Assembly (NCBI GenBank): GCA_965218795.1
Contig: OZ244653.1
Location: forward strand, 2,560,001-2,624,000
From: a bacterium
GTDB lineage: Bacteria; UBA8248; JACPRG01; G963555815
DNA: 64,000 nucleotides
Direction of reading: 5' to 3'
Both the position numbers and the translations under genes were made by a program. Every line of letters begins with the position of its first letter. The first letter of the stretch is position 1. This document shows positions 11,501 through 21,162 of the stretch, piece after piece. Under the pieces are notes generated by a model. The model did not search any database. It was given only the letters and a program-made list of their open reading frames with translations, and was not told the DNA's origin.

Positions 11501-12978
11501 GCCTCCAGCCACTTGGCGACCGTGGCCCTTGGTGCGGCTGGGGAATCGCCGGACCACCGTGGAGGGAACAACCGGTCGATGGCGGCGAGTCGGTTGCGCG
11601 TGAGCGCCTTGTGATGGAGCCAGTCCGACGGTCGGCCCGGATACGCCGCCCATCGCTCGAACGGCGCGAGGTTCAGGTCACCAGAGGTCAATTCTTTCGG
11701 GGGATAACCGATTTCCTCAGTGGCGCGCGGGTTCCCGTCTTGATCGGGAATGATTTCACGCTCGTGAAGATTCGAGAACAGGCGCTTGCGAAGCAGCTCA
11801 ACCTGCACGGAGTCGCCCGCCTCACGCCGGCGCGGCAGCGCGTCCAGATGTCGTGCGGGATCTGTTTCTGTCGCGAGTGAAGGCAGTTCGTCGGTGACCA
11901 TCTCCGCCGCGGCTCCGATCAACTCCTCGTTGTATGGACCCGGCAACAGGTTCTGACGGTCCTCGTTGGTTTTCCACGGCGCATTCAGGATGCCGGCGAC
12001 GAGGCTCGCAGTGTGCGTCGGGAAGAATGCCCAGAAGTGGCCTGGATCGGTCAGCCGAGCGAGCGGCGCGGCCCACCAGATAGGCACTTCGTCGCCGTCG
12101 TCGAGAGACCTCCGGTCGGCTCGGGCGTCGCCCGACAGCGGATGCGTGCGCTTGAACAGTTTCCAGTCACTGGTCGTATCGCCGGCGGCGAGAAGGTATT
12201 CGCCATCGACATAAAGGAGTTCGAGCTTTCGGTCGAGGTCCGATAGATCGTCGTTGAGCGTCAGTCGGCTGACATGCTGGACGAACAGAAGGAACTCCGG
12301 CGGGAAGTCGCGCATCTGCCGGGCGAGGGCGTCGTGCGCTTCAGGTTTGAGCGGCAGCCGCACGATGTTCGTCGCCCAATTCATGAGTTCGCGCAGAACG
12401 TCGTCATTATCCCGGCTCTCACGAGAGTCAATGGGCTCGGACAGGCGCAGTGCCGGGTAGCGCTTGGCGTCCGGCGCCACCCGTCGTATGCGCTCGCGTA
12501 TGCGCTCGCGCGAACGGGTGCGGTCGAAACGGAACGAGCCGGATCTGCTGAAAAATTCCGGGGCATCGGTGACGCCGAGAACGGACTTGAAGCCGAGGCC
12601 GAACCTGCCGATCTCGCTAGTCCCGCGTTTGGGCGACAGGTGCGAGAACATGAGCGCCTTCACGCCGTCCTTGTCGATCGGCTCCCCGTCATCGGCGCAG
12701 TACAGACAGTCTTCGGTCAGGCGGAGCGCGATGCGTCCGCCGTCCGACGTGCCAGCCAAAGCGTCCGCGCTGTTTTGGATCAGTTCGAACAGTTGGCGGT
12801 CAGCGTAGCCGCCGCGCGCCGTGTCTTCTTCCTGGTTGGCGTGCTCATCGACAAAGTTGGGCTGCTGCTCATAAGAACGGAGAGTCTTTTCCGACTCCTC
12901 GGCGATATAGGCACCCAACTCTCCTTCAGGTCCGGCCCAATCGTCAGCCCCTGGCGATCTATCTTTATCATCGCTCAT
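8536..12978 (-). CDS. Sacsin/NOV-type GHKL ATPase fused to an SF2 (DEAH) helicase
   Basis: N-terminal ELIQNSADA, DDG, IGRFGLGFKS. C-terminal PTGSGKT, DEAH, LTATP, EGFDAP, QMIGRGLR. Start could be 12987. Confidence 0.85.
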   Translation of the reverse strand: MSDDKDRSPGADDWAGPEGELGAYIAEESEKTLRSYEQQPNFVDEHANQEEDTARGGYADRQLFELIQNSADALAGTSDGGRIALRLTEDCLYCADDGEPIDKDGVKALMFSHLSPKRGTSEIGRFGLGFKSVLGVTDAPEFFSRSGSFRFDRTRSRERIRERIRRVAPDAKRYPALRLSEPIDSRESRDNDDVLRELMNWATNIVRLPLKPEAHDALARQMRDFPPEFLLFVQHVSRLTLNDDLSDLDRKLELLYVDGEYLLAAGDTTSDWKLFKRTHPLSGDARADRRSLDDGDEVPIWWAAPLARLTDPGHFWAFFPTHTASLVAGILNAPWKTNEDRQNLLPGPYNEELIGAAAEMVTDELPSLATETDPARHLDALPRRREAGDSVQVELLRKRLFSNLHEREIIPDQDGNPRATEEIGYPPKELTSGDLNLAPFERWAAYPGRPSDWLHHKALTRNRLAAIDRLFPPRWSGDSPAAPRATVAKWLEALVTEQESDAAVDASMAAIQTAALISPEARSGKNLGDIVLTACGDWQTPDPERVFLPDEALDGGHALIPDSFVHPQLVSDSDTLTALKKLGIKPPSLESSFKLIAQRVLDGDGEPEAGLLEKFWISARKLEAQTAGALIREHKDWRSRELWLEKLRVRTRSGDWRPLHSVLLPGDIVPGDRIRDDDTTVDTDFHEPDLELLRKLGVTDEPQDSRDLSSEPWFHSFRHPCRLRFREQDGLPHIPQWSYLGFTSVKGVGPLEVLSVLSDEGKVLYTDALLNLDATYEKWMMQHTGTNQQSYQKMPCESPAIHMLRKHGRIRTPDGIVPFEDALGPQPKSPSALHALLSHPKADRIKEAFDLAEPMPEFIGEEDPVPLTDVWPGLEEHLPAHRKTCQLIHCERILVGSVESECVFTFPNIYLARTDNDDARHELRLVSDGLELNLVERQLEKILQRETRQEIEERRAAVRECSTDAERLLAAVGEDALRRDLPRSLLAILEAEGVALTGVQIAEAAIATYHSDALRQYRRVLDRLDPPTRWAGSARAVDFVRLLGFSAEWAGERDRKRDPFLEVEGPYSLPELHDYQETIVTKVRNMLDNGRANGAERRGMISMPTGSGKTRVAVQAIVEVMRDDGFRGGVLWVADRDELCEQAVEAWRQVWSSIGAETAQLRISRMWAGQQRPLPTNDLHVVVATIQTLNAKLSNSPDGYGFLTDFKLVVFDEAHRSIAPTFTSVMQEIGLTRRQTADEPFLIGLTATPYRGYNEEETAWLARRYGSNRLDAEAFGSDDPQDVIGELQDMRVLARADHETIEGGVFHLYAGELQGMERTPWLPQSVENRIAGDRERTRRIIEAYETYVDPSWPTLIFATSVEHAQTVAALLNAKGIKSRAVSGETETATRRRVVEEFRRGEIKALVNYAVFREGFDAPKTRAIIVARPVYSPNLYFQMIGRGLRGVKNGGNERCLILNVEDNIENFDQALAFSDLDWLWD

Positions 12979-13086
12979 GGAAACCATTGCAGTTGCCAGC
13001 CGTGGATCTGAACCGGATGCCACTCAGCCCGGTGGCCGATCAGTATCGCGAGATTTCAGTGGCTATTCTGCGTCAGGTAAGAGGGC

Positions 13087-13545
13087 TCACCCTTCGCCGC
13101 CAAAGGAGATCTCGTCCGGGAGCTCGTTGGCGTCATCGGACTGCCAAGGGAAAAATTCGTGGAGCTTCTCGCCAATTCGGGCAATGCCTTCGACCATCCC
13201 CTGGCTGAAGTCATCTTCCCGGAAGTGCGAAACCATCCGATCTTTCACATCCTCCCAGAAGTTCTCGGGCACCACCCTGTGGATCCCTTCATCCCCGAGA
13301 ATGGCAAACCGATGACTGGCCGTTGCGAGATAGATCAGCACGCCGTTCCGCTGAGCCGTCTTGTCCATCTCCAGCTGGAAGAACAATTCCTTCGCGTGGT
13401 CCAGGGGCTCCTCGGTGGGGCAGCGTCCTTCCAGATGGAGCCTGATCTCGCCCGAGGTATGATCCTCGGCCTTCTCGATGGCTTCCAGAATCCGCTTCTG
13501 TTCATCCGCGGAGAAGAACTTCTTTGGATTGTTCCTCCGTCTCAT
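13087..13545 (-). CDS. TPM domain protein (DUF477-like)
   Basis: AEDHTSGEIR, RNGVLIYLA, FAILGDEGI, NELPDEISF. Confidence 0.88.
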   Translation of the reverse strand: MRRRNNPKKFFSADEQKRILEAIEKAEDHTSGEIRLHLEGRCPTEEPLDHAKELFFQLEMDKTAQRNGVLIYLATASHRFAILGDEGIHRVVPENFWEDVKDRMVSHFREDDFSQGMVEGIARIGEKLHEFFPWQSDDANELPDEISFGGEG

Positions 13546-13579
13546 GTCTCTCCAGACCCCCTGAAGTACGAGATGGGAG

Positions 13580-14386
13580 CTACCAGCCTCCGCTGGCGCC
13601 GCCCCCGCCAAACCCACCGCCGCCGCCGGAGAAACCGCTGAACCCGCCGCCCCCGAATCCGCCTCTTCCCATGGAGGAGCCGCGATGGCTCATTCCGAAG
13701 AATATGGCAGATCCCAAGCCCCAATATCCGAGCCGCCGCCTGCGGAACCCGCCGAACCCGCCGAACAGCAACAAGAGCAACAGAAAATACCCGAGCCCTC
13801 CAAGGGAGAAACCGCCGCGCTTCCGCCGTTTCGCCCGCGGCTGGCCCTGATACTCGCCCTTTGTCGCCGCGACAATTCCCCGCAACCCTGCGACAATACC
13901 GCCGTAGTAATCTCCCTTGCGAAATCGGGGCGCGATCTCATTGCGGATGATTGTGCCGGCCAAGGCGTCCGGCAAAGCCCCTTCCAGCCCATATCCCACT
14001 TCAATTCGAAGCCTTCGATCGTCCTTGACCACGAGAAGGATCGCACCGTTATCCTTCCCCTTCCGGCCCGGTTTCCATTTCTCCGCCACGCGGATGGAAA
14101 AATCCTCGAGATTGTCTCCGGCTAACGTGGGAATCATGAGAACCAGGAGCTGGTTCGAGGTCTTCTCTTCAACTTCGGCCAACCCGCGTTCCAGGCCGGC
14201 CTTCTGTTCGGGCGTCAGCGTGCCCGTCAGATCCGTGACTCGGGTCTTGGGAGGCGGAGGGACGTCCAGCGCAGCCACCGAGACAGCGCCGACGCTCCCA
14301 CTCAGCACTGCGGCAACCGCTACAGGCGGGAAAAACTTCTTCATCCAAAAATGGGGCGAAATGAGAGATTGACCCATCCGAATCAA
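13580..14386 (-). CDS. TPM domain membrane protein (YgcG-like)
   Basis: RIEVGYGLEGALPD and a Gly-rich tail ending GGGGASGGW. Start uncertain. Confidence 0.9.
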   Translation of the reverse strand: MIRMGQSLISPHFWMKKFFPPVAVAAVLSGSVGAVSVAALDVPPPPKTRVTDLTGTLTPEQKAGLERGLAEVEEKTSNQLLVLMIPTLAGDNLEDFSIRVAEKWKPGRKGKDNGAILLVVKDDRRLRIEVGYGLEGALPDALAGTIIRNEIAPRFRKGDYYGGIVAGLRGIVAATKGEYQGQPRAKRRKRGGFSLGGLGYFLLLLLLFGGFGGFRRRRLGYWGLGSAIFFGMSHRGSSMGRGGFGGGGFSGFSGGGGGFGGGGASGGW

Positions 14387-14952
14387 AACTTGACCTTCGG
14401 CACTTTCTTCGCCCCCGCCTCGGCTTCGAAGAGCTGCATCCGTTGAAAATCGAATATCCCGGCGATCAGGTTGGCGGGAAACCGGCGAATGCCTGTGTTG
14501 TACTGTTGCACGGCAAGGTTGAACCGGCGCCGCTCGACGCTGATTCGATTCTCGGTTCCTTCCAACTGGGTCTGGAGCGCCAGGAAATTTTGATTCGAAC
14601 GGAGTTGCGGATACCTTTCAACCACGACCATCAGCCGGCCGAGCGCCGCGTCCAGGCCTCGGGCCGCCCGCATCTGCTGATTGACGTTCCCGCTCTTCCG
14701 GGCTTCTCCCCACTGGCTTCGCAAGCGCGTCACCTCGGTGAGCACCTCCCGCTCCTGCCGGGCGAACCCTTTAACGGTTTCGACCAGGTTCGGAACCAGA
14801 TCGGCCCTCCGCTGGTACTGGTTTTCCACCTGGGCCCAAGCGGTTCGCGCGGCCTCCTGCCTCCCCACGAGGGTGTTGTATCGCCCCCCAATGCTTCCGA
14901 AAATAATGAGCAGGATGACGACGACGATAATGAGCGGCAACCAGCGTTTCAC
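14383..14952 (-). CDS. lemA: LemA family protein
   Basis: QYQRRADLVPNLV, ERYPQL, LEGTENRI. Confidence 0.93.
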   Translation of the reverse strand: MKRWLPLIIVVVILLIIFGSIGGRYNTLVGRQEAARTAWAQVENQYQRRADLVPNLVETVKGFARQEREVLTEVTRLRSQWGEARKSGNVNQQMRAARGLDAALGRLMVVVERYPQLRSNQNFLALQTQLEGTENRISVERRRFNLAVQQYNTGIRRFPANLIAGIFDFQRMQLFEAEAGAKKVPKVKF

Positions 14953-15257
14953 GAATCACCTCATCCCCGAGACGTTTCATCCATTGTATGAACGAACCAT
15001 TCACTCTGTTCTTAAACAGTATATTCCAGGAAACGGCCATGCAAGCATAAGATGCGGCGTGCCGGCATCGAAGGCTTCGATCGAACCCGCACGATGTGAC
15101 CTCCCCCCGGAGACTTGACCCGTCGATTTGTCGACGAGTAGATTGTCATCGAGGCAACGACCCTTTGGTTCTCATGCACCATGCTTGAAAATCATTCGTC
15201 CGGGCGGCCAATCGAGGGCGCCCTGAAACCTTCACCGGATCCAGTCGTTCGGATCCG

Positions 15258-15650
15258 ATGAAGTCCACGGATAGGGAGCGGGACGTGGTGGAAATCTATC
15301 TCGGGAACGAGGCGGACTTCGAGGAGGAAGGCCGCCGGGTCATCACAAAGGACGGGCTGGAGATTGGCGTGTTCCGGATCAACGGAAATTTTTTCGCCTA
15401 TGAAAACTATTGCGCGCACCAGGGAGGTCCCGTGTGTCAGGGGCGCCTGTTTCACAAGGTGGAGGAAAACCTCGATGCCGCTCAGAAGAGCAGAGGCCTG
15501 AGATTTTCGGAAGAGCATATCCATATCGTCTGCCCGTGGCACGGGTATGAATACGACATTGAAACCGGCATTTTCCCGGCGAATCCAAAACTCCGGTTGC
15601 GCAAGTTCGAAGTCGAGGTTCGCGGCGGAGAAGTGTATGTCCTGATGTAG
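15258..15650 (+). CDS. Rieske [2Fe-2S] ferredoxin
   Basis: CAHQGGP and CPWHG. Confidence 0.9.
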   Translation: MKSTDRERDVVEIYLGNEADFEEEGRRVITKDGLEIGVFRINGNFFAYENYCAHQGGPVCQGRLFHKVEENLDAAQKSRGLRFSEEHIHIVCPWHGYEYDIETGIFPANPKLRLRKFEVEVRGGEVYVLM

Positions 15651-15714
15651 AGGCGAACCGCGTCCCCTGCCCTTGTTCTCGGTCTCGGGGGCCGGATTTT
15701 CAGGAGTGAAACCG

Positions 15715-16935
15715 ATGGATTCGAAATTGGAGGAAACGACAGAGGTTCCCATTCAGCAAATCGATGTATATACCGACACCCGGGACATTCTCGCCCATGC
15801 GGAACAGCAGGCCCGGGAGCGAAACTATCAGGACTATGTCATCTTCGATGTCGATTCCCATCACGTCGAAACCGCATCGTGGAGCGAAGTGGCAAGATTC
15901 ATCGAGGACCCCGTCATTCGGTCACAGGCGGAGGACTACCACTCCTACCGGACTGGTTCTCCCCCCTACGGACTCAATGGGGACCTCGGCATGCGGTATC
16001 AGGACGTGGGGGGGCGGATCCCGCATCAAATGGACCGGCGTGAGAACATCGAAGAGAGCGACCTTCACCGCGATGTGGTCTTGACGCGCCGGGCCATGGA
16101 AAGTCTCGGCCTGGACTACATGGTCGTCTTTCCCACGGGAATGCTGAGCCTGGGGATGCATCCGCAGCTGCATATGGAGGTTCTACTGGGTCGCGCCTAC
16201 AACCGGTGGATGGTGGAAACCATACTGAAAGCGGATGAACGCATCAAGTCGATGCTCTACCTCCCGTTCAGCGATCCGGAAGCGGCGCTGCAGACCGTCG
16301 AGGAATTTGCCGGCGAACCCGGCGTGATCGGTTTCATGGTGACCAGCGTCCGCAACAAGCCTGTCCATGACAACCAGTACATGAAACTCTACGCAACGCT
16401 GCAGGAGCGGGGGCTCCCCCTCGCATTTCACGGCGGCTACTACTGGCAGGAACCGGTCATCGCCCAGTTTCAACGATTTCTGGGCATGCACGCCGTCGCG
16501 TTTGTCTTGTGGAACCTCGTTCATCTTGTCAATTGGGTGCTGCACGGCCTGCCCGAGCGCTTCCCAAACCTGGACGTCGTCTGGATTGAAAGCGGCGTTG
16601 CCTGGGTTCCTTTCATCATGCAGCGGCTGGATAATGAGTTTCTGCTCCGCTCGTCCGAGGCTCCCATGCTGAAGCGCCTGCCGAGCGAGTACATCCGTGA
16701 GATGTTCTTTTCGTCTCAACCCCTTGAACGAAGCGACCTCGATGGGCTGGAATTCATCTTCAGGAAAATGAACGCGGAGACCCAGTTGCTTTATGCGTCG
16801 GACTGGCCGCACCAGGACTTCGACCTGCCGAGCACCATCTTCGATCTCCCCTTTCTTTCCGATCAGGCGAAACGGAACATCCTCGGCGAAAACGCCCTCA
16901 AGCTGTTCAACCTCGAAAGGCCGGAACGCAAATAA
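15715..16935 (+). CDS. Amidohydrolase family protein (amidohydrolase_2 type)
   Basis: DVDSHH, LAFH, ERFPNL..VWIESG, YASDWPH. Confidence 0.88.
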   Translation: MDSKLEETTEVPIQQIDVYTDTRDILAHAEQQARERNYQDYVIFDVDSHHVETASWSEVARFIEDPVIRSQAEDYHSYRTGSPPYGLNGDLGMRYQDVGGRIPHQMDRRENIEESDLHRDVVLTRRAMESLGLDYMVVFPTGMLSLGMHPQLHMEVLLGRAYNRWMVETILKADERIKSMLYLPFSDPEAALQTVEEFAGEPGVIGFMVTSVRNKPVHDNQYMKLYATLQERGLPLAFHGGYYWQEPVIAQFQRFLGMHAVAFVLWNLVHLVNWVLHGLPERFPNLDVVWIESGVAWVPFIMQRLDNEFLLRSSEAPMLKRLPSEYIREMFFSSQPLERSDLDGLEFIFRKMNAETQLLYASDWPHQDFDLPSTIFDLPFLSDQAKRNILGENALKLFNLERPERK

Positions 16936-17064
16936 TCCGCCGCCACGGCGGGCATGACCAGGTTCAACCGGCGCGGGTGCATGGCTTCTCCCGAAGCCAT
17001 ATCCTGAATGACTGAAATTCGGGAGGATATCCGATAGGGCGGTGGCCGGCCGAATGGATCCGCG

Positions 17065-18057
17065 TCAGGCGTGAAGCTCGACGATATCTTCATCCTGCAG
17101 GACGAAATCCCGCGTCACCTTTTGACCGTCGAACTTGGATGATCCCCAAATTCGGGCGTGCTTCAAGTCTTTCCTGAAATCCTTGTGAATCGACTCGGCG
17201 AAATCCTCGACGGTGCCGCCGATGGGGAGAATAACGGGATCATCCCGGTCCGGGTCCTTGCCCGGCATTTTGGTATAGGCCCGGATGATTCGCAGCGCTT
17301 TGAAGAGCTCCGGTTTCCAAGCCTCCACCCCGTCCCCGGTTTCGGCCGAAAGACCGTAGACGGAAAACCGCTCTCCGTACAGGTCTCGGAAAATCTCCAG
17401 GTTCTCAGCGGCGTGCTCGGAATCCAGCTTCGTGGCCAAAACGAGGGCCGGCTTGAGTAAGTTCCCGAACCCGGGAGCGGCTTCGAATTCCTCCTCCATC
17501 CCCTCGGGAAATATCTTCCACCCCTTCAGAAGGCCGCGGATCTCCTTCATTTGCTCGAGCGGGTCTTCGCTCAGACTGATGACCAACAGGAAGGCGTCGG
17601 CTCCTCGCAGGACGTTGGGCAGCCAGACCCGGGCGCCTTCATAACAGACGGGCGGCAGATCCACCAATTGGACCTTGATGTTGAGGTAGGGCATCATGCC
17701 GGGCGCGGGCAACAGGGTGCTGTAGGGATAAGCCGCTACCTCGGGCGCAGCGCGGGTCAGCCGTTTCACGAGGCTGGATTTCCCCGCATTGGGCATACCC
17801 ACCAGCGCCACTTGCGCTGCGCCCTCCTTGAGAACGTTGACGCCAGTCCCTTTCCGCGCCGTCGCGGTTCTTTTTTGCGTGTCCTCTTTGAGCTGGGAAA
17901 GTTTCCGTCTGTGTTGAGCGATGAGCTTGTCGGTTCCCTTGTGATGCGGGATGACGCGCAACATCTCCTCGAGGGCCGAGATCTTATCCTGCACCGAAGA
18001 AGCGGCCCGATAGGCCTCCTCCGCTTTTTGATATTCCGGCGGAAGGTTGGCGGGCAT
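17065..18057 (-). CDS. DRG/OBG-like GTPase with C-terminal TGS domain
   Basis: MPANLPP, HKGT, GMPNAGKSS, DLPP, TKLD, TGS tail (IHKDF...LQDEDIVELH). Confidence 0.88.
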   Translation of the reverse strand: MPANLPPEYQKAEEAYRAASSVQDKISALEEMLRVIPHHKGTDKLIAQHRRKLSQLKEDTQKRTATARKGTGVNVLKEGAAQVALVGMPNAGKSSLVKRLTRAAPEVAAYPYSTLLPAPGMMPYLNIKVQLVDLPPVCYEGARVWLPNVLRGADAFLLVISLSEDPLEQMKEIRGLLKGWKIFPEGMEEEFEAAPGFGNLLKPALVLATKLDSEHAAENLEIFRDLYGERFSVYGLSAETGDGVEAWKPELFKALRIIRAYTKMPGKDPDRDDPVILPIGGTVEDFAESIHKDFRKDLKHARIWGSSKFDGQKVTRDFVLQDEDIVELHA

Positions 18058-18284
18058 GGCTCCGGCTCCAAATCGATGATTGAGTATATTTTATCAATGG
18101 AATCGGAAAATTCGCCTTCCTCAAGCCGCTGATGGACCGGAAATTTGCCGGCCACCTTACTTGTATCTTCGAACTCGGGCAAGACAGGTAGAGAAACTCG
18201 GAAGAATGAGATACCTTCAAGATCCATGTAGACGGGCAGACATCACAAAGCGAACATGACGACTCTTGGGCGAAAGGCATCAGA

Positions 18285-19355
18285 ATGGATACACAGGCCG
18301 GCGGCCTCCTCGTCATAGGGGTAGCGGCAAAAGCCTTATCGGAGGAAGAAAACAGGGTGATGCGGGACATCCGGCCCGCGGGGGTCATTCTGTTCGCCCG
18401 AAATGCGGAATCTCCCCAACAGCTTCAGGAGCTCTGCGGACAAATTGCTGAATGCATCGGCGAGCCCGGCCGCCCCCCCTTGATTCTTCTCGACCATGAA
18501 GGGGGACGGGTGCACCGGCTGGCCGAGCCGTTCACACATTTTCCGTCCCAGTGGATGCTGGGCAGAGTGGACGACGCTTCCTTGACTGAAGCCGTATTTC
18601 ATGCAATGGCCTCCGAGATTTCGGCCGCAGGAGCGAACGTTCAACTCGGGCCGGTGCTTGACCTGTGGACGCAGCCGGAAAACGAGGTCATCGGCGATCG
18701 GGCATTCAGCGCCCTGCCCGATCTTGCCGTACGCCACGGGACGGCTGCCATGCGGGGGATCCAAGCGGCGGGCCTCCTCCCCGTTGGGAAGCATTTTCCG
18801 GGGCACGGCGATACGCTCGCCGATTCCCATATTGACTTGCCCGAGGCCCATGCGGACCTCGACACGCTGCGAGGGCGCGAGCTCGCTCCCTTTCGAGGGT
18901 TGATTGAAAACGGTCTGCCTTCTGTCATGTCCGCCCATATCCTCGTCCCGGCAATGGATGGGGACCGTCCCGGCACCTTGTCCCCAACAATCATGACCGG
19001 ATTGCTGCGCGAAGAGCTTGGGTTTGAGGGTCTCATATTGACCGACGATATGGAAATGGGCGCGATCACCGAACATCACGACCCGGGCGAGGCAGCCGTC
19101 CTTGCCTTGGATGCGGGGTGCGACCTTCTGCTTTACTGTCACCGTCCGGACCGCCAGCGCGCCGCCCGGGACGCTCTGGAAAAAGCCCTGGGCACAGGAA
19201 GAATCCCGGAAGAACGATTGGATCTGTCGCTGGCGCGAGTCGCCGAGATCCGGAAGGCTCTCGCGGCCCATACATCTCCCGGCCTCGCGGTGATAGGATG
19301 CGACGCCCACAAGGAATTGCTCGGTCATGTCCATGAAAAGGCAAAAAGTTCCTGA
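18285..19355 (+). CDS. nagZ: Beta-N-acetylhexosaminidase (GH3)
   Basis: GVILFARN, DHEGGRV, KHFPGHGDT..DSH, TDDMEM. Confidence 0.92.
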   Translation: MDTQAGGLLVIGVAAKALSEEENRVMRDIRPAGVILFARNAESPQQLQELCGQIAECIGEPGRPPLILLDHEGGRVHRLAEPFTHFPSQWMLGRVDDASLTEAVFHAMASEISAAGANVQLGPVLDLWTQPENEVIGDRAFSALPDLAVRHGTAAMRGIQAAGLLPVGKHFPGHGDTLADSHIDLPEAHADLDTLRGRELAPFRGLIENGLPSVMSAHILVPAMDGDRPGTLSPTIMTGLLREELGFEGLILTDDMEMGAITEHHDPGEAAVLALDAGCDLLLYCHRPDRQRAARDALEKALGTGRIPEERLDLSLARVAEIRKALAAHTSPGLAVIGCDAHKELLGHVHEKAKSS

Positions 19356-20022
19356 TGGAAGGTACAAAATAGCGCAGCAATTCGCTCTCTCGTGAGAATT
19401 TCAGGATTCCTGCCTTCGTCGACTCGTTATTTCAGTCCTTGCCGGAACAATGATGAAAGAATAGCCGATTCTTATAACTTACTGAACATATTGGGATTTC
19501 CAGGATTGGACGTCGGAAGTGTCTCCAAATCGCCTGCATTCGGCTCCAGATTCGCTTCCTGCTCAACTCTTTTGGAGGATCGCACCGAGCAAAACGGCTT
19601 CAAAATTGGAATCACCGCCAATTTGTGGGGCAATTTGGTATTTTCCTTGCACCCACCCTCTCACATTTGAACGAATTCTGATAAATCAAATGGAAATCGA
19701 AGAAATTCGACAGAGCCTGAATCGGTCAGGATTTGGCGAATGGCGGAAGTCATCCCGGATTGGGACCGACAACCGGCTCGGGCGGCTCCCGCCATTGGTT
19801 TATAAAGAATCTTCAGTGAAGGGGGGGATCTCACCCCACGCATCGTTGATGTTCTTGGGAGAACCTAACCGACCACGCCTAGAAGTGAAAATTGCTTATT
19901 TTACAGTCTTTTAGGTGATTCTCCCTTAACCGTTCCGTCTCCTTCCAAACATCGAATTCGTTTCGCCTTCAGGACACTATCCTATTCCAGGCCCTACCTA
20001 ATCAGCAACCATTTTACGCCAT

Positions 20023-20052
20023 TTCACAAGATGGTTATTTTCCCGGTATACT
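20023..20052 (+). promoter_or_regulatory. Candidate sigma70 promoter for the R-M pair
   Basis: TTCACA-N18-TATACT, about 115 bp upstream of the methylase ATG. Confidence 0.35.
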
Positions 20053-20165
20053 AGACGTGCGTAGTTATCTACGCTGCCAAGCAAGGACGGTGGTACAGTC
20101 ATCAATTGATCGCAGGCACTAGTTCTTCAGCGTAAAAACAGTATCGCGTCAGCCGGACTTTGCGA

Positions 20166-21160
20166 ATGAAGAATAATCCTCTTCCAAGACTTGATGAATC
20201 ACCAAACGTTCGGAACAAATTGCTTCCGTATTGTCGTCTTAAATTCGGTGAAATTTGGATCGACAGTATTCGGGGCCACCGTGTCGGGTGCCTTGATGCC
20301 GCCGATGGCAGTGCAATAAAGGACATCATGACCGGTGAGGGGCACAACTGGCAATTCACGATCCGCCCTATAATCTTGCCGCATTCGAACTGAGGTCAAT
20401 TGCGGAGTTTATCGACTGGTGTCGAAGATGGATGTCCTATACGGAGGCCGTGCTAGCTTCCGATTCGTCCCTGTATGTCTGGCTTGGTGCCGATCAGAAT
20501 GATGGCTTCCAGCCGTTACCGGATTCCGTGCTCATGATGCGAGATCAACCGTTTCACCCACGAAGTTATATTACCATGAGGAACCAGCGCGGATATGGCA
20601 CTCAAAAAAACTGGATGGCGATCCGACAGGAGTTACTCTATTACATAAAGGGAAATCCGCGATTCAATGTAGACGCTGAATACACGGATATTCCGAAGGT
20701 CCTTCGCGGATACTATAAACAGGTAAATGGGAAGAGGATGGAAAATCTTGAAAGGAGTCGTTCCAATACGATTCGGGCTGGGAACGTCTGGGTTGATATT
20801 CAGCAGGTCTTTTACCGAATGGAGGAGAACATCTCCGGTTGCTACGCTCAAAAGCCTATAAAGTGCATTGATCGAATTATTCGAGCAAGCTCAACTCCCA
20901 ATGATTTGGTGATTGATTTTTTTGCACACTCTGGAACAACCTTGCTCGCATCCGAGATTCTCGACCGAAGATGTTTCACAATTGACATCGATCCAATCTA
21001 TGCCGAGATCGCCATTCGTCGCCTTGAACGATTTCGCGCATCCGGGCGAATCGGGTGGCAGAATGGGCATCCTTTCGAGGACGATTTACCCAATATCGGG
21101 CTGGACGCTGCTCTCACGCCTGAAACGGCCAGCCAAAGAACGTTGTTCTATGTTTTGATT
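20166..21160 (+). pseudogene. Site-specific DNA methyltransferase (N4/N6, beta-class motif order), frameshifted
   Basis: The 5' part shifts frame at the G-run 20339-20342 into AQLAIHDPPYN, followed later by QKP and DFFAHSGTT. As sequenced, the 3' frame runs on to 21430, overlapping the next gene. Confidence 0.8.
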
Positions 21161-21162
21161 CT

